Below, piece by piece: positions 39,209 through 47,600 of a stretch of 64,000 nt of DNA (its first letter is position 1; each line of letters opens with the position of its first letter). This DNA comes from an uncultured archaeon (GTDB lineage: Archaea > Asgardarchaeota > Lokiarchaeia > Sigyniarchaeales > SOKP01), in NCBI GenBank assembly GCA_964486045.1, contig CAZALK010000006.1:160001-224000 (forward strand). The letters run 5' to 3'. A program made the position numbers and the translations under genes. The notes beneath the pieces were generated by a model. That model was not told the origin of the DNA and made no database searches. It saw nothing but the letters and a program-made list of their open reading frames with translations.

Positions 39209-40447
39209 ATGCAACCTCCTAATAATGTAAAAAAGAAATATCCCGAATTAACTAATTTATGGATAGGACTATTTGTAGATATTTTTGGGTTTTACATCAT
39301 AATTCCCTATTTACCTTCTCTCATGATTATTTATGATACAACACCTTTAATTCTTGGATTACTTCTTGCTACAAATGCTATTTTTACGCTTTTTTCCGCC
39401 CCTATTTGGGGGCGTTTAAGCGATAAATTTGGTAGAAAACCTATTCTTCTAATCGCAGAAGCGGGAACATGTTCAGCTTTTCTAATTCTAGCCTTCTCAA
39501 ACTCTCTTTTCCTACTTTTTGTGGCTCGGGCTGTAGATGGAGTTTTCGGTGGTAATTACCCTATTACAAAAGCGATAATTACTGATAGTGTTCCTCCAAA
39601 GGATAGAGGGCTTCAAATGACAAATATTGGAGTTGCTCATACTTTAGCCGGATTATTAGCACCAGGTTTAGCAGGACTTTTATCAATATTCCTAATATTT
39701 GGTCCTGATTATCCACTTGCTCTCCCTGGTCTAGTGTCGGCTTTTTTTTCTTTTTTAACTATTATTATCACATTATTCTTTATAAAGGAATCATGGCCAA
39801 AATCTAAGCGAGAAAAAGCAGAGAGAGAAGTTAAAATAAAATTTAAGTTAGTAAATAATAGGGATGCTTTATATTCATTAACTCAGTTTGCATTCCATAC
39901 TTTCTCTTTCATAATGTATGTTTCAACCTTGGCTATTTTTATAGGTTTAATACTTGGATTAGATACTCTAGGTGTCAGCATATTCCTAATGATATCCGGT
40001 GTATCACGTGCTATTGTCCGTTTTACGTTATTTAAACCAACAATTAGGATTTTAGGTGAAAAAAAGATGAAAATTCTTGGTTTGTCTATTCTAACAATAG
40101 TGTTTATTCTAATAGGAATTTTTGGTGCATTTTATCCCGCACCTTGGATTTTTATAGTTCTAGTGGTTTTTGCTAGTTATGGTGTGTCATGTGCGAGAGG
40201 ACTCATGATGAGTAAAGTGACGGAAACGGTCTCTTCAAAGGAAATAGGAAAAATTAATGGTTATACATCAACATTGGATAGTCTTGCTCAGATTTTTGGA
40301 CCCATATTAGGAACATTTCTATTATCCCCACCATTATTGTCCCCATTTTTATATGGATCCATCATGGGAATACTCGCATTTGTAGCGCTTATGATGGTAT
40401 TCAGAAAGATTGTATCCTATATGGAAAAAGTGGAAGTTCCATTTTAA
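39209..40447 (+). CDS. MFS transporter (DHA1/TetA-like)
   Basis: Motif A WGRLSDKFGRKP, AR...G..GG, and 12 predicted TM segments. Confidence 0.93.
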   Translation: MQPPNNVKKKYPELTNLWIGLFVDIFGFYIIIPYLPSLMIIYDTTPLILGLLLATNAIFTLFSAPIWGRLSDKFGRKPILLIAEAGTCSAFLILAFSNSLFLLFVARAVDGVFGGNYPITKAIITDSVPPKDRGLQMTNIGVAHTLAGLLAPGLAGLLSIFLIFGPDYPLALPGLVSAFFSFLTIIITLFFIKESWPKSKREKAEREVKIKFKLVNNRDALYSLTQFAFHTFSFIMYVSTLAIFIGLILGLDTLGVSIFLMISGVSRAIVRFTLFKPTIRILGEKKMKILGLSILTIVFILIGIFGAFYPAPWIFIVLVVFASYGVSCARGLMMSKVTETVSSKEIGKINGYTSTLDSLAQIFGPILGTFLLSPPLLSPFLYGSIMGILAFVALMMVFRKIVSYMEKVEVPF

Positions 40448-40534
40448 AGATCTGGGTAACACTAAATAAACATTGTTGTCCATTATTAATGAGAAATGAT
40501 TAATTTTAAATAATTCTTCATTAATATTTATATC

Positions 40535-41335
40535 ATGGGAACTGATAAACTTATAAACTTGAACAACTCAAATTTTAAAGAGAAGTTAGAAAAAACAGTG
40601 AACCTTCCTGCATTAGATTTTTTTAAAATAAATTTCATTAGTTTCTTAGTACCTCTTTATGTTTGCTTAAGTCTTTTCTTACTTTTCGAATACGGATTTA
40701 TTAATTTGCTATCTATTTCACCTGTAATTCATTTATTTGCTTTACCGGTAGTTTTTTTAATCCTCTACTATATTTACATTATTATTTTAATTGAATTTAC
40801 AGCATTCTGGGTTCAGAGTTGGAATAAGAAATCCCCACCAAAACAAGGTGTTTTTAGAAGAGCACTTGACGAAGTTGATAGTCAAGAGGGAGAAATGATG
40901 AAATATTATCACAAGAGGGGTTTTATAATTAAATATCCTACGTGGTTAGCTTCAAAATCACCATTTCCATGGCTCATTAATAGAGTACTTCGAAGAATTG
41001 GCCATAATAAAATTGGTAAAAATGTTATTTATTGTGATAGCTATGTTGGATTAGAATTTACTAATTTAGGAGATAATGTATTTATCTATCCTTCAAGTGG
41101 TTTGTCAAGCCACGCGGTTAATACAATTTTTGGAAAAATAACTATGATGGAAATCAAATTAGGAAAAAACACCACTTTATACCCAGGAAATATAGTTGGA
41201 CCAAACGTAGTGACTGCTGATCATAATGTAATATATCCTAATACAATTTTGCATAAAAATTGGCGAGGAAAATCAGGAAAATTTTATTATCAAGGCAGCC
41301 CTGGACGTCCTATTGATGCTAAACATAATAATTAA
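40535..41335 (+). CDS. Membrane-anchored left-handed beta-helix (hexapeptide) acyltransferase-like protein
   Basis: Two N-terminal TM segments, then IGKNV, LGDNV and LGKNT hexapeptide repeats and terminal G.P.RP. Confidence 0.75.
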   Translation: MGTDKLINLNNSNFKEKLEKTVNLPALDFFKINFISFLVPLYVCLSLFLLFEYGFINLLSISPVIHLFALPVVFLILYYIYIIILIEFTAFWVQSWNKKSPPKQGVFRRALDEVDSQEGEMMKYYHKRGFIIKYPTWLASKSPFPWLINRVLRRIGHNKIGKNVIYCDSYVGLEFTNLGDNVFIYPSSGLSSHAVNTIFGKITMMEIKLGKNTTLYPGNIVGPNVVTADHNVIYPNTILHKNWRGKSGKFYYQGSPGRPIDAKHNN

Positions 41336-41341
41336 GTAAAT

Positions 41342-42841
41342 TTACATTTTAGGATATTTTCCATGTTTTTGTAAAAATTCTCTATAACTATTCACTTTAT
41401 CCAAAACAGTTCCAGCTAAGTCTAAGCTTTCAAAAACAGGTACATTACGATTTAAAAGTTTTAATTTAAATTTATATCTACTTTTATATTCCTCGAATCC
41501 TTCACTTATTTTGAGCATGACACAATACATTGGTTTTGTAATGGTGCTTTTTGCTTTAGCTATATATCTTATAAATTCTCGGTTTAAATCTATACCATTA
41601 AAATTTACAACTCCCTTGTTATAACGAAAAATTTCTTTCATTAACTTCTGAAAATTTCCAAATCTTTCAGGATCCTTAATGAATACAATCGAGGAGATAT
41701 TTGAGTCTTTATCTAAAGCCATTATTGTACGATAATAAGTATTTGGTTGTATTCCTGAACCACCTAAGTCAAGTGGATTTGTTACATTAGTATTTACGTC
41801 TGGTACAAACCTCTTCAACTTATTGATAGTTTTTTCGGTTAAACTAGGGATAATTAAATTATGTTTTTCAAAAATATCGATTGCTTCGATAGTAGAACCT
41901 CCTCCTATACCTATTACACCAACATTTCGAGTGTTTGGTAGACGAGTTAAATTAAATGTTGAAGCCAAAGCAGCTAATTCATTAGAATTTCCAACCATAC
42001 AACAACCAGTTTGCTTGCCCACAGCCTTCCACATCTCGTTATTTCCAGCAAGACCACCTGTATGTGATAAAATTGCCTTTTTTGTGGCTTCACCATATCC
42101 AGCCCTCCAAAGTAAAACTGGTTTTCTATTTAAATTACAATTCTTTACCATCTTCATTAATTGTCTCCCTTGTATTGCATCTCTTAAATTCTCAATATAT
42201 AAACCTATGATTTTTGTAGATTCATCGCTGTTAAAGTACTCTAAAAATTCTACTGGTGATAAATCTAAGGCATTTCCAATTGATATAAATTTAGAAACAT
42301 ATAACCCATTTGAAACCGCTAATTGTGACATATTTTGGGCAATACCACCGGATTGAAAGACTCCCGAAAAATTACCCGATGTTCTGGATTGTGCAAATGC
42401 AAAATGAAGCCCTGCTTTTGGATTATAAACTCCTAAGCAATTAGGACCAATAATTCTGATATTATATTGTTTAGCAACATTTAAAAGTTCTTGTTCAAGT
42501 GTATCATTGCCTACTTCTCGAAATCCTGATGCAAAAACAGTTACAAAGGGAACACTCTTTTTACCAATCTCCTCCATTACCCTTGGACATAATCGAGCAG
42601 GAATAGCTAAAATCACATAATCTATTGGATCATTAATTTCGAGAATTGAACTATAAATTTTATAGCCGTACAATTCTTTCCCTGGAAACTTAGGATTAAA
42701 TAGATATATTGGTCCCTTAAACCTGTCTTTCATATATCTAATAAAAAAACTCCCTCCCCTCATATCTGGAGATACTCCAATTATTCCAATGGCTTTAGGG
42801 AAAAATAACCTTTCAAAATCAATTTTTTGAGATCTTTTCAT
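41342..42841 (-). CDS. NDP-forming acyl-CoA synthetase alpha subunit (CoA-binding)
   Basis: P..I..IG.S, ASGFRE, RIIGPNCLG, QSG, SIGN..D, phospho-His SHTG and NPLDL. Confidence 0.9.
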   Translation of the reverse strand: MKRSQKIDFERLFFPKAIGIIGVSPDMRGGSFFIRYMKDRFKGPIYLFNPKFPGKELYGYKIYSSILEINDPIDYVILAIPARLCPRVMEEIGKKSVPFVTVFASGFREVGNDTLEQELLNVAKQYNIRIIGPNCLGVYNPKAGLHFAFAQSRTSGNFSGVFQSGGIAQNMSQLAVSNGLYVSKFISIGNALDLSPVEFLEYFNSDESTKIIGLYIENLRDAIQGRQLMKMVKNCNLNRKPVLLWRAGYGEATKKAILSHTGGLAGNNEMWKAVGKQTGCCMVGNSNELAALASTFNLTRLPNTRNVGVIGIGGGSTIEAIDIFEKHNLIIPSLTEKTINKLKRFVPDVNTNVTNPLDLGGSGIQPNTYYRTIMALDKDSNISSIVFIKDPERFGNFQKLMKEIFRYNKGVVNFNGIDLNREFIRYIAKAKSTITKPMYCVMLKISEGFEEYKSRYKFKLKLLNRNVPVFESLDLAGTVLDKVNSYREFLQKHGKYPKM

Positions 42842-42933
42842 TGCTGAAATAAAAAAATACTATAAGATTTGATAGATAAATCAAATAGAAGAATAAAACT
42901 CGATTAAAATATTTTATTAGAAGGCATTATTAC

Positions 42934-43704
42934 TCAAGTGAATTGCATTGAAGTAAAAGGTATACTTAAATCTCCTGATTTTAAAATTGATTGAACTTTA
43001 TCAATATCATTTGTAATAATTCCATCTACTCCAAATCTTATTAATCTTTTTATAGAATGCTTAAAATCAACTGTCCATGGGAAAACCTTAATATCGTGAT
43101 TGTGAGCATAGTCTACAAACTGTTGATCAACTATATGATAATATGGATTTATTGCATAGAAGTTATTATCAATACAAATTTTTATCATCTTCTTTTTGAT
43201 GGGCCAGCTATAATTCTTTCTATATTGAGAAGGCTCTAAGGAACATAATCTCAACTCGGGTTCATTTTTCTGAAATTTTAAAAGTTCTTCATGTAAAAAA
43301 GAACTTACTATTACTGAATCTATAACATTGTATTCTTTAAATAAATCAACCACTTTTTTTGAGACAGAATCTACCTTAATTTCACAATTGAGGCTAATTT
43401 TCCCTTCTATTAACTCAATGGTCTCTTGAAGTGTTGGAATCCTTTCACCTTCACCAAAATTAAGAGTTTTTAGTTCTTCAAGAGTGAAGTCTTTAATAAG
43501 ACCATTTTTTCCAGTTATTCGAAAGAGATTTTCATCATGAGCGATTACAAGTACTCCATCTTTAGTTTCGTGCACGTCTAATTCAATAAAGTCAGCATTT
43601 AGCTCTATTGCTTTTTGAAAAGCCTTCATTGAATTTTCTGGAGCTACTTTACTTGCACCTCTGTGAGCAAATACTATTATTTTTTCTCCTTCATAATAGC
43701 CCAT
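42934..43704 (-). CDS. Glycerophosphodiester phosphodiesterase
   Basis: AHRGAS..APEN, IELDVHETKDG..V..HD, IPTLQE, NCEIK, SSF, WTVD and GVDGIITN. Start taken at ATG 43704. Confidence 0.93.
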   Translation of the reverse strand: MGYYEGEKIIVFAHRGASKVAPENSMKAFQKAIELNADFIELDVHETKDGVLVIAHDENLFRITGKNGLIKDFTLEELKTLNFGEGERIPTLQETIELIEGKISLNCEIKVDSVSKKVVDLFKEYNVIDSVIVSSFLHEELLKFQKNEPELRLCSLEPSQYRKNYSWPIKKKMIKICIDNNFYAINPYYHIVDQQFVDYAHNHDIKVFPWTVDFKHSIKRLIRFGVDGIITNDIDKVQSILKSGDLSIPFTSMQFT

Positions 43705-44096
43705 TTTAAAATCTCTTTGTTCTTTTTTTTTGTTAAGATGACAAATATTCAATCGTTTTATTGATTTTCTTTTACAAAACTGTTTTATCAATTTTTTATC
43801 TATTTAACTAGGTATAAATTTGAGCATTTTGTAGTAAATTCAAAATAAATTTACTTTCAAAATGTAAGACACAACCTTAATATCTGATTATCAACTTAAA
43901 CAAAAGTTTTATTAATATGAATTGTGTAAAGTTATATAAAATTAGTTTGAAACGTCAACACATAAGTTTATAGAAAGAATAAATTTATAAAGCTATAATA
44001 TTTTTAATATTTCTGTAAATGGTTAAAATAGATTAGAAATAGCGTAGTGAAACGAAAAGTTTAAAAGCATAAAAAAAGATTTAGGTGGTGTAAACC

Positions 44097-44348
44097 GTGA
44101 GATTCTGTAATAACTGTGGAAATATGCTTATCCCAAAAAACGGAAAACTATACTGTAAAGCCTGTGAAGAGGAATTTGACCTAGGAACAAAGAACGCAGA
44201 GTATAAAATACAAAAGAAATTTCATCATGATGAAAAAGAATCAGCCCCAATCGTTATGAAAGAAGGATTGAGAAGGGAACGAATATCTAGCGAAGATCGA
44301 AAAGCTTATGAAGACCTATTCTCGGGTTCGGATGGGGATGCTTATTAA
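44097..44348 (+). CDS. RPB9/RPC11/TFS-like protein with only the N-terminal Zn ribbon
   Basis: MRFC..CGNML.P.....YC..C; SD GGTGGTG upstream of GTG; no second ribbon. Confidence 0.8.
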   Translation: MRFCNNCGNMLIPKNGKLYCKACEEEFDLGTKNAEYKIQKKFHHDEKESAPIVMKEGLRRERISSEDRKAYEDLFSGSDGDAY

Positions 44349-44531
44349 AAATAAGTTTCCCTAATTTTTGGGTTAGGTCACTTATTCTTCATTAAAATTG
44401 CAAATTTTTCGTATTCTTTTTAGCTGTTTCAATATTTCATAAATTTAAGTTCTTAAATCATTTCAGAACAGATTGAGAATGTGTTTTTTTCGATAATGTA
44501 AAAAATTATTGAGAAAAAGTTTATTAATAGA

Positions 44532-44939
44532 ATGATGCATATGATCGACGATAAAAAAAAGAGACTACACGGTTTCGCAAGTATTTTATCCAAATTAGTT
44601 GAACCTTTAAATGAGAGTAGAAAGTTTAAAGAGAAATTCAAAAACATTGAAAAAAAAATTCTCTTAAATGCTAAAGATGGAAAATTCGCAGCGCTAATAG
44701 TTATTGACAACGGTAGAATTTATATAGAGGGTATAAAAAACAACCCTAAAATGAACCTGAAAAAAAAGATAGTTGGTTGGGATGGGATGCTTCAAACTAA
44801 AACTTCGATATTTTTAGAGCTTCTAAATAGCAAAAATATTTCACGTGGAAAATTTATTCGAAAGATCCTAACAGGAAGAATCAAAATAAGAGGAATAAAG
44901 CATGTTGTTGTTTTGCAAGAATTATTTAGATTCAGATAA
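44532..44939 (+). CDS. SCP2 sterol-carrier-like protein
   Basis: A.I.I..G.I.I and terminal ILTGRIKIRG pattern typical of SCP2 domains. Confidence 0.6.
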   Translation: MMHMIDDKKKRLHGFASILSKLVEPLNESRKFKEKFKNIEKKILLNAKDGKFAALIVIDNGRIYIEGIKNNPKMNLKKKIVGWDGMLQTKTSIFLELLNSKNISRGKFIRKILTGRIKIRGIKHVVVLQELFRFR

Positions 44940-44959
44940 AAGTCTGCAAAATACTAAAA

Positions 44960-45382
44960 TCATAAAAAAATCTTGACGAGAGAAGTCATTTTTTCTTTTA
45001 GTTTATCTACATTTTTCTCATCTTGTAAGGAGTTTAAGATTACTTCTTTATCTTTATTAGATATTGATTTGAATTTGTCAAGAAACTCTCTTAGATATAT
45101 TATTTTTTTAGCTGGGTTCTCTTGAATCTTAAACACGCAACTATCTATCATTTCTTGAGATAAATTAGTGGCTTCTTTTGTTCCAGAGTGTAAGAAAGGT
45201 CCTTTAGAACCGTCCATTTTCATTAAAACATTGTTTTTTTCGATGATACTATTCATAATTTCTTTTAGTGACTCATTTCTAGTTAAAACTGATAAACCAG
45301 AGATATAATTCTCAATCTCTGAATTTTTATCTTCAATCTCTCTTATTAACTCCAAAATTTTGTCCTTTTTTTCTCTTTCCAT
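44960..45382 (-). CDS. Hypothetical helical protein
   Basis: 140-aa K/E/I/L-rich ORF filling the gap between genes; no motif recognised. Confidence 0.65.
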   Translation of the reverse strand: MEREKKDKILELIREIEDKNSEIENYISGLSVLTRNESLKEIMNSIIEKNNVLMKMDGSKGPFLHSGTKEATNLSQEMIDSCVFKIQENPAKKIIYLREFLDKFKSISNKDKEVILNSLQDEKNVDKLKEKMTSLVKIFL

Positions 45383-45445
45383 AATTAATTAAGTTTCCTC
45401 TAAATTTTTAAATTTAACTGAAAATATTTGTATAATAAAGTTCTC

Positions 45446-46171
45446 ATGACAAAGGAAGAAAAGATAAGAAAATTCCAAGAATTTATCGATTATGTGTTTA
45501 AAAATGAAGACTATTTAGTCCAATCCTTAACTACACCAAGACTTGCTAATGAAACTGGTGAGCAAAGCTATGAGTTCTTGGAAACCTTGGGGGATGCTGT
45601 AATAAAGGTAATATTGATTTTAAAAATATACCAAAAAGGAATACTAGATCCAGGTAAAATCACAAAATTAAAAGCTTCTTTAGAGAGCGATATTGCTTTA
45701 AAAAAGGTTGCAAATAAAATTAATTTGCAAAGATTTATTTTCAAGAGTGGAAAACAGCACATTAAAGGAACAAGGATATTAGCAGATGTTTTTGAGGCAA
45801 TTTGCGGGGCAATATTTCTGGATTCAAATCAGAATTTTAATTTGGTGGAAGAGAAGATGATTACTCCATTTTTTGAGGATATTGATGAAATAATAAAAAA
45901 ATCAACAATGAATTCTAAGAGCGAATTATTAGAATTTTTGCAGAATAAATTTAAAACTAGTATCAAGATAAATCTTGAATATGATAAGAGGGGCTTAGCA
46001 CATAGCCCAACCTGGATCGCGAGGAATCCTAAAATTTATAACTCAAGTACTCAAAAAAAGTTGACAAGTTTGCCAAAAAATATGATATCAAGTAAATTTG
46101 GAAATAAACCCGATGCTGAGAAAGACATTTATTTTAAAATTTTGGTTTATTTAAAAAGCAAAGAGAAATGA
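45446..46171 (+). CDS. rnc: Ribonuclease III family protein with C-terminal dsRBD-like domain
   Basis: Signature YEFLETLGDAVI and ADVFEAICGAIFLDS; dsRBD-like KSELLEFLQ...G.AHSP.W...K.DAEK. Start taken at ATG 45446. Confidence 0.85.
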   Translation: MTKEEKIRKFQEFIDYVFKNEDYLVQSLTTPRLANETGEQSYEFLETLGDAVIKVILILKIYQKGILDPGKITKLKASLESDIALKKVANKINLQRFIFKSGKQHIKGTRILADVFEAICGAIFLDSNQNFNLVEEKMITPFFEDIDEIIKKSTMNSKSELLEFLQNKFKTSIKINLEYDKRGLAHSPTWIARNPKIYNSSTQKKLTSLPKNMISSKFGNKPDAEKDIYFKILVYLKSKEK

Positions 46172-46276
46172 TATATTTGTTTTATTTATACTCAAATAGG
46201 TGAATGTTCTAACAAAAAGAACGTCAATTTTTAAAATAATTCTCGTATTTACTTATCAGTAGTAGGTTAAATGTCT

Positions 46277-46291
46277 GAAAAAGTTTATTTT
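46277..46291 (+). promoter_or_regulatory. Possible BRE-TATA-like element for the ABC/subtilase operon
   Basis: GAAAAAGTTTATTTT about 100 nt upstream of the ATPase ATG; same pattern as upstream of other genes. Confidence 0.35.
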
Positions 46292-46383
46292 CACAATAAG
46301 ATATTATAATCTTAAAAAATCATAGAAAATTATAGAATCTATTAATTACCAATAAAGAACTTTTAAAAAAGAGCAGATATCAT

Positions 46384-47562
46384 ATGGTCAATACTCGATA
46401 TATAAAGAAAACTCCATTGATGGAACAGTATGAAGAAGAAACTGGAAAGTTGGCGATTTGGAAAGGAGAAGTTTCTCAACAATTCGAAAAATGGAAAAAA
46501 AAGAGAGGAAAAGAATCTATTAGGAAGCAAAAGTTAGAGATTGTTTCCCAATCTCGTGAAGAAAAGAAAAAGATGAAAAAAGAGGCCAAAGAAGATAAGA
46601 TACCTGGTAAGGATTATGATCATTTGATTGTGGTGGACCAGATTCATAAGACTTATTTATTAGGTACTACAGCTGTAGCAGCACTTCGCGGTATAAACCT
46701 AACAATAGACAATGGGGAATTTATTGACATAATGGGCCCTTCTGGTTCAGGAAAAACTACTCTATTGAATTTAATTGGAGGTCTTGACACTCCGACAAGG
46801 GGAAAAATCTTCCTTGAAGGAGCCAATATTTCTATGCTAAATGATAACTCTTTAAGTGTTATAAGACGGGAAAGAATTGGTTTTGTCTTCCAATTTTATA
46901 ATTTACTACCCCAAATGACCGCAATGGAAAATATTATGGTTCCGTTACATTTTTCAGGAAAGCTAAGTCGTCGAGGAAAAAGAAAAAGAGCAATGGATCT
47001 CTTGAGATTAGTAGAATTAGAAGAACGAGCTCATCACACACCTTCAGAATTAAGTGGTGGAGAACAGCAGAGAGTTGCGATTGCTAGAGCTTTTGCTAAT
47101 GATCCTGCGATTTGTGTTCTTGACGAACCTACTGGAGATCTTGATAGTAAAACAGGCGTAATGATTTTAAATCTGCTCAGAGACTTAAATCGAAGAGGTG
47201 CAACTTTTATTGCAGTTAGTCATGATGCTGCTGTTTCAGAATTCGCAACAAAAGTTTTTCATATGAAAGATGGAAAGTTAACTCACGAAGGGAAAATAGA
47301 TGGATTGAAAGAGACTGAAATCATGCAACTAAAAAGAAGACAAGAAACAGAAATTAATAAGGAGAAATGTAAGAGCAAAATATTCCAGTATCTCTTCGCA
47401 AATCAAGGCAAGATTGAGATAAATATAAGTGAAATTAAGGAAAGTATCCCAAATCTTATTGTAGCTAATTTACCAGCCCATTTCAATGACCTTTTGCAGG
47501 AATTAATAGAAGAAAATAATCGATTTGCAAGAATTAAGGGAGATCTTTTAATTTTACGATAA
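46384..47562 (+). CDS. ABC ATPase, LolD/MacB/FtsE family, with N- and C-terminal extensions
   Basis: ALRGINL.I..GEF, GPSGSGKTT, IGFVFQFYNL, ELSGGEQQRVAIARA, LDEPTGDLD and VSHD. Confidence 0.96.
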   Translation: MVNTRYIKKTPLMEQYEEETGKLAIWKGEVSQQFEKWKKKRGKESIRKQKLEIVSQSREEKKKMKKEAKEDKIPGKDYDHLIVVDQIHKTYLLGTTAVAALRGINLTIDNGEFIDIMGPSGSGKTTLLNLIGGLDTPTRGKIFLEGANISMLNDNSLSVIRRERIGFVFQFYNLLPQMTAMENIMVPLHFSGKLSRRGKRKRAMDLLRLVELEERAHHTPSELSGGEQQRVAIARAFANDPAICVLDEPTGDLDSKTGVMILNLLRDLNRRGATFIAVSHDAAVSEFATKVFHMKDGKLTHEGKIDGLKETEIMQLKRRQETEINKEKCKSKIFQYLFANQGKIEINISEIKESIPNLIVANLPAHFNDLLQELIEENNRFARIKGDLLILR

Positions 47563-47600
47563 AGAAATCAAAATTATCTTTATATTCAATATTTAGAAAT

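Noticed and set aside
41823-42356. 177-aa plus-strand ORF, and similar antisense ORFs (e.g. 18684-19070, 48410-48778, 59290-59592, 60562-61008, 61789-62274, 29963-30178)
   Set aside because: They lie mostly or wholly antisense to well-supported genes and have no motifs; shadow ORFs.
43705-43791. N-terminal extension of the GDPD in the ORF track (likewise 21588-21611 for bzdQ)
   Set aside because: Low-complexity AT-rich upstream sequence or overlap with the previous gene; downstream ATGs match the family N-termini better.
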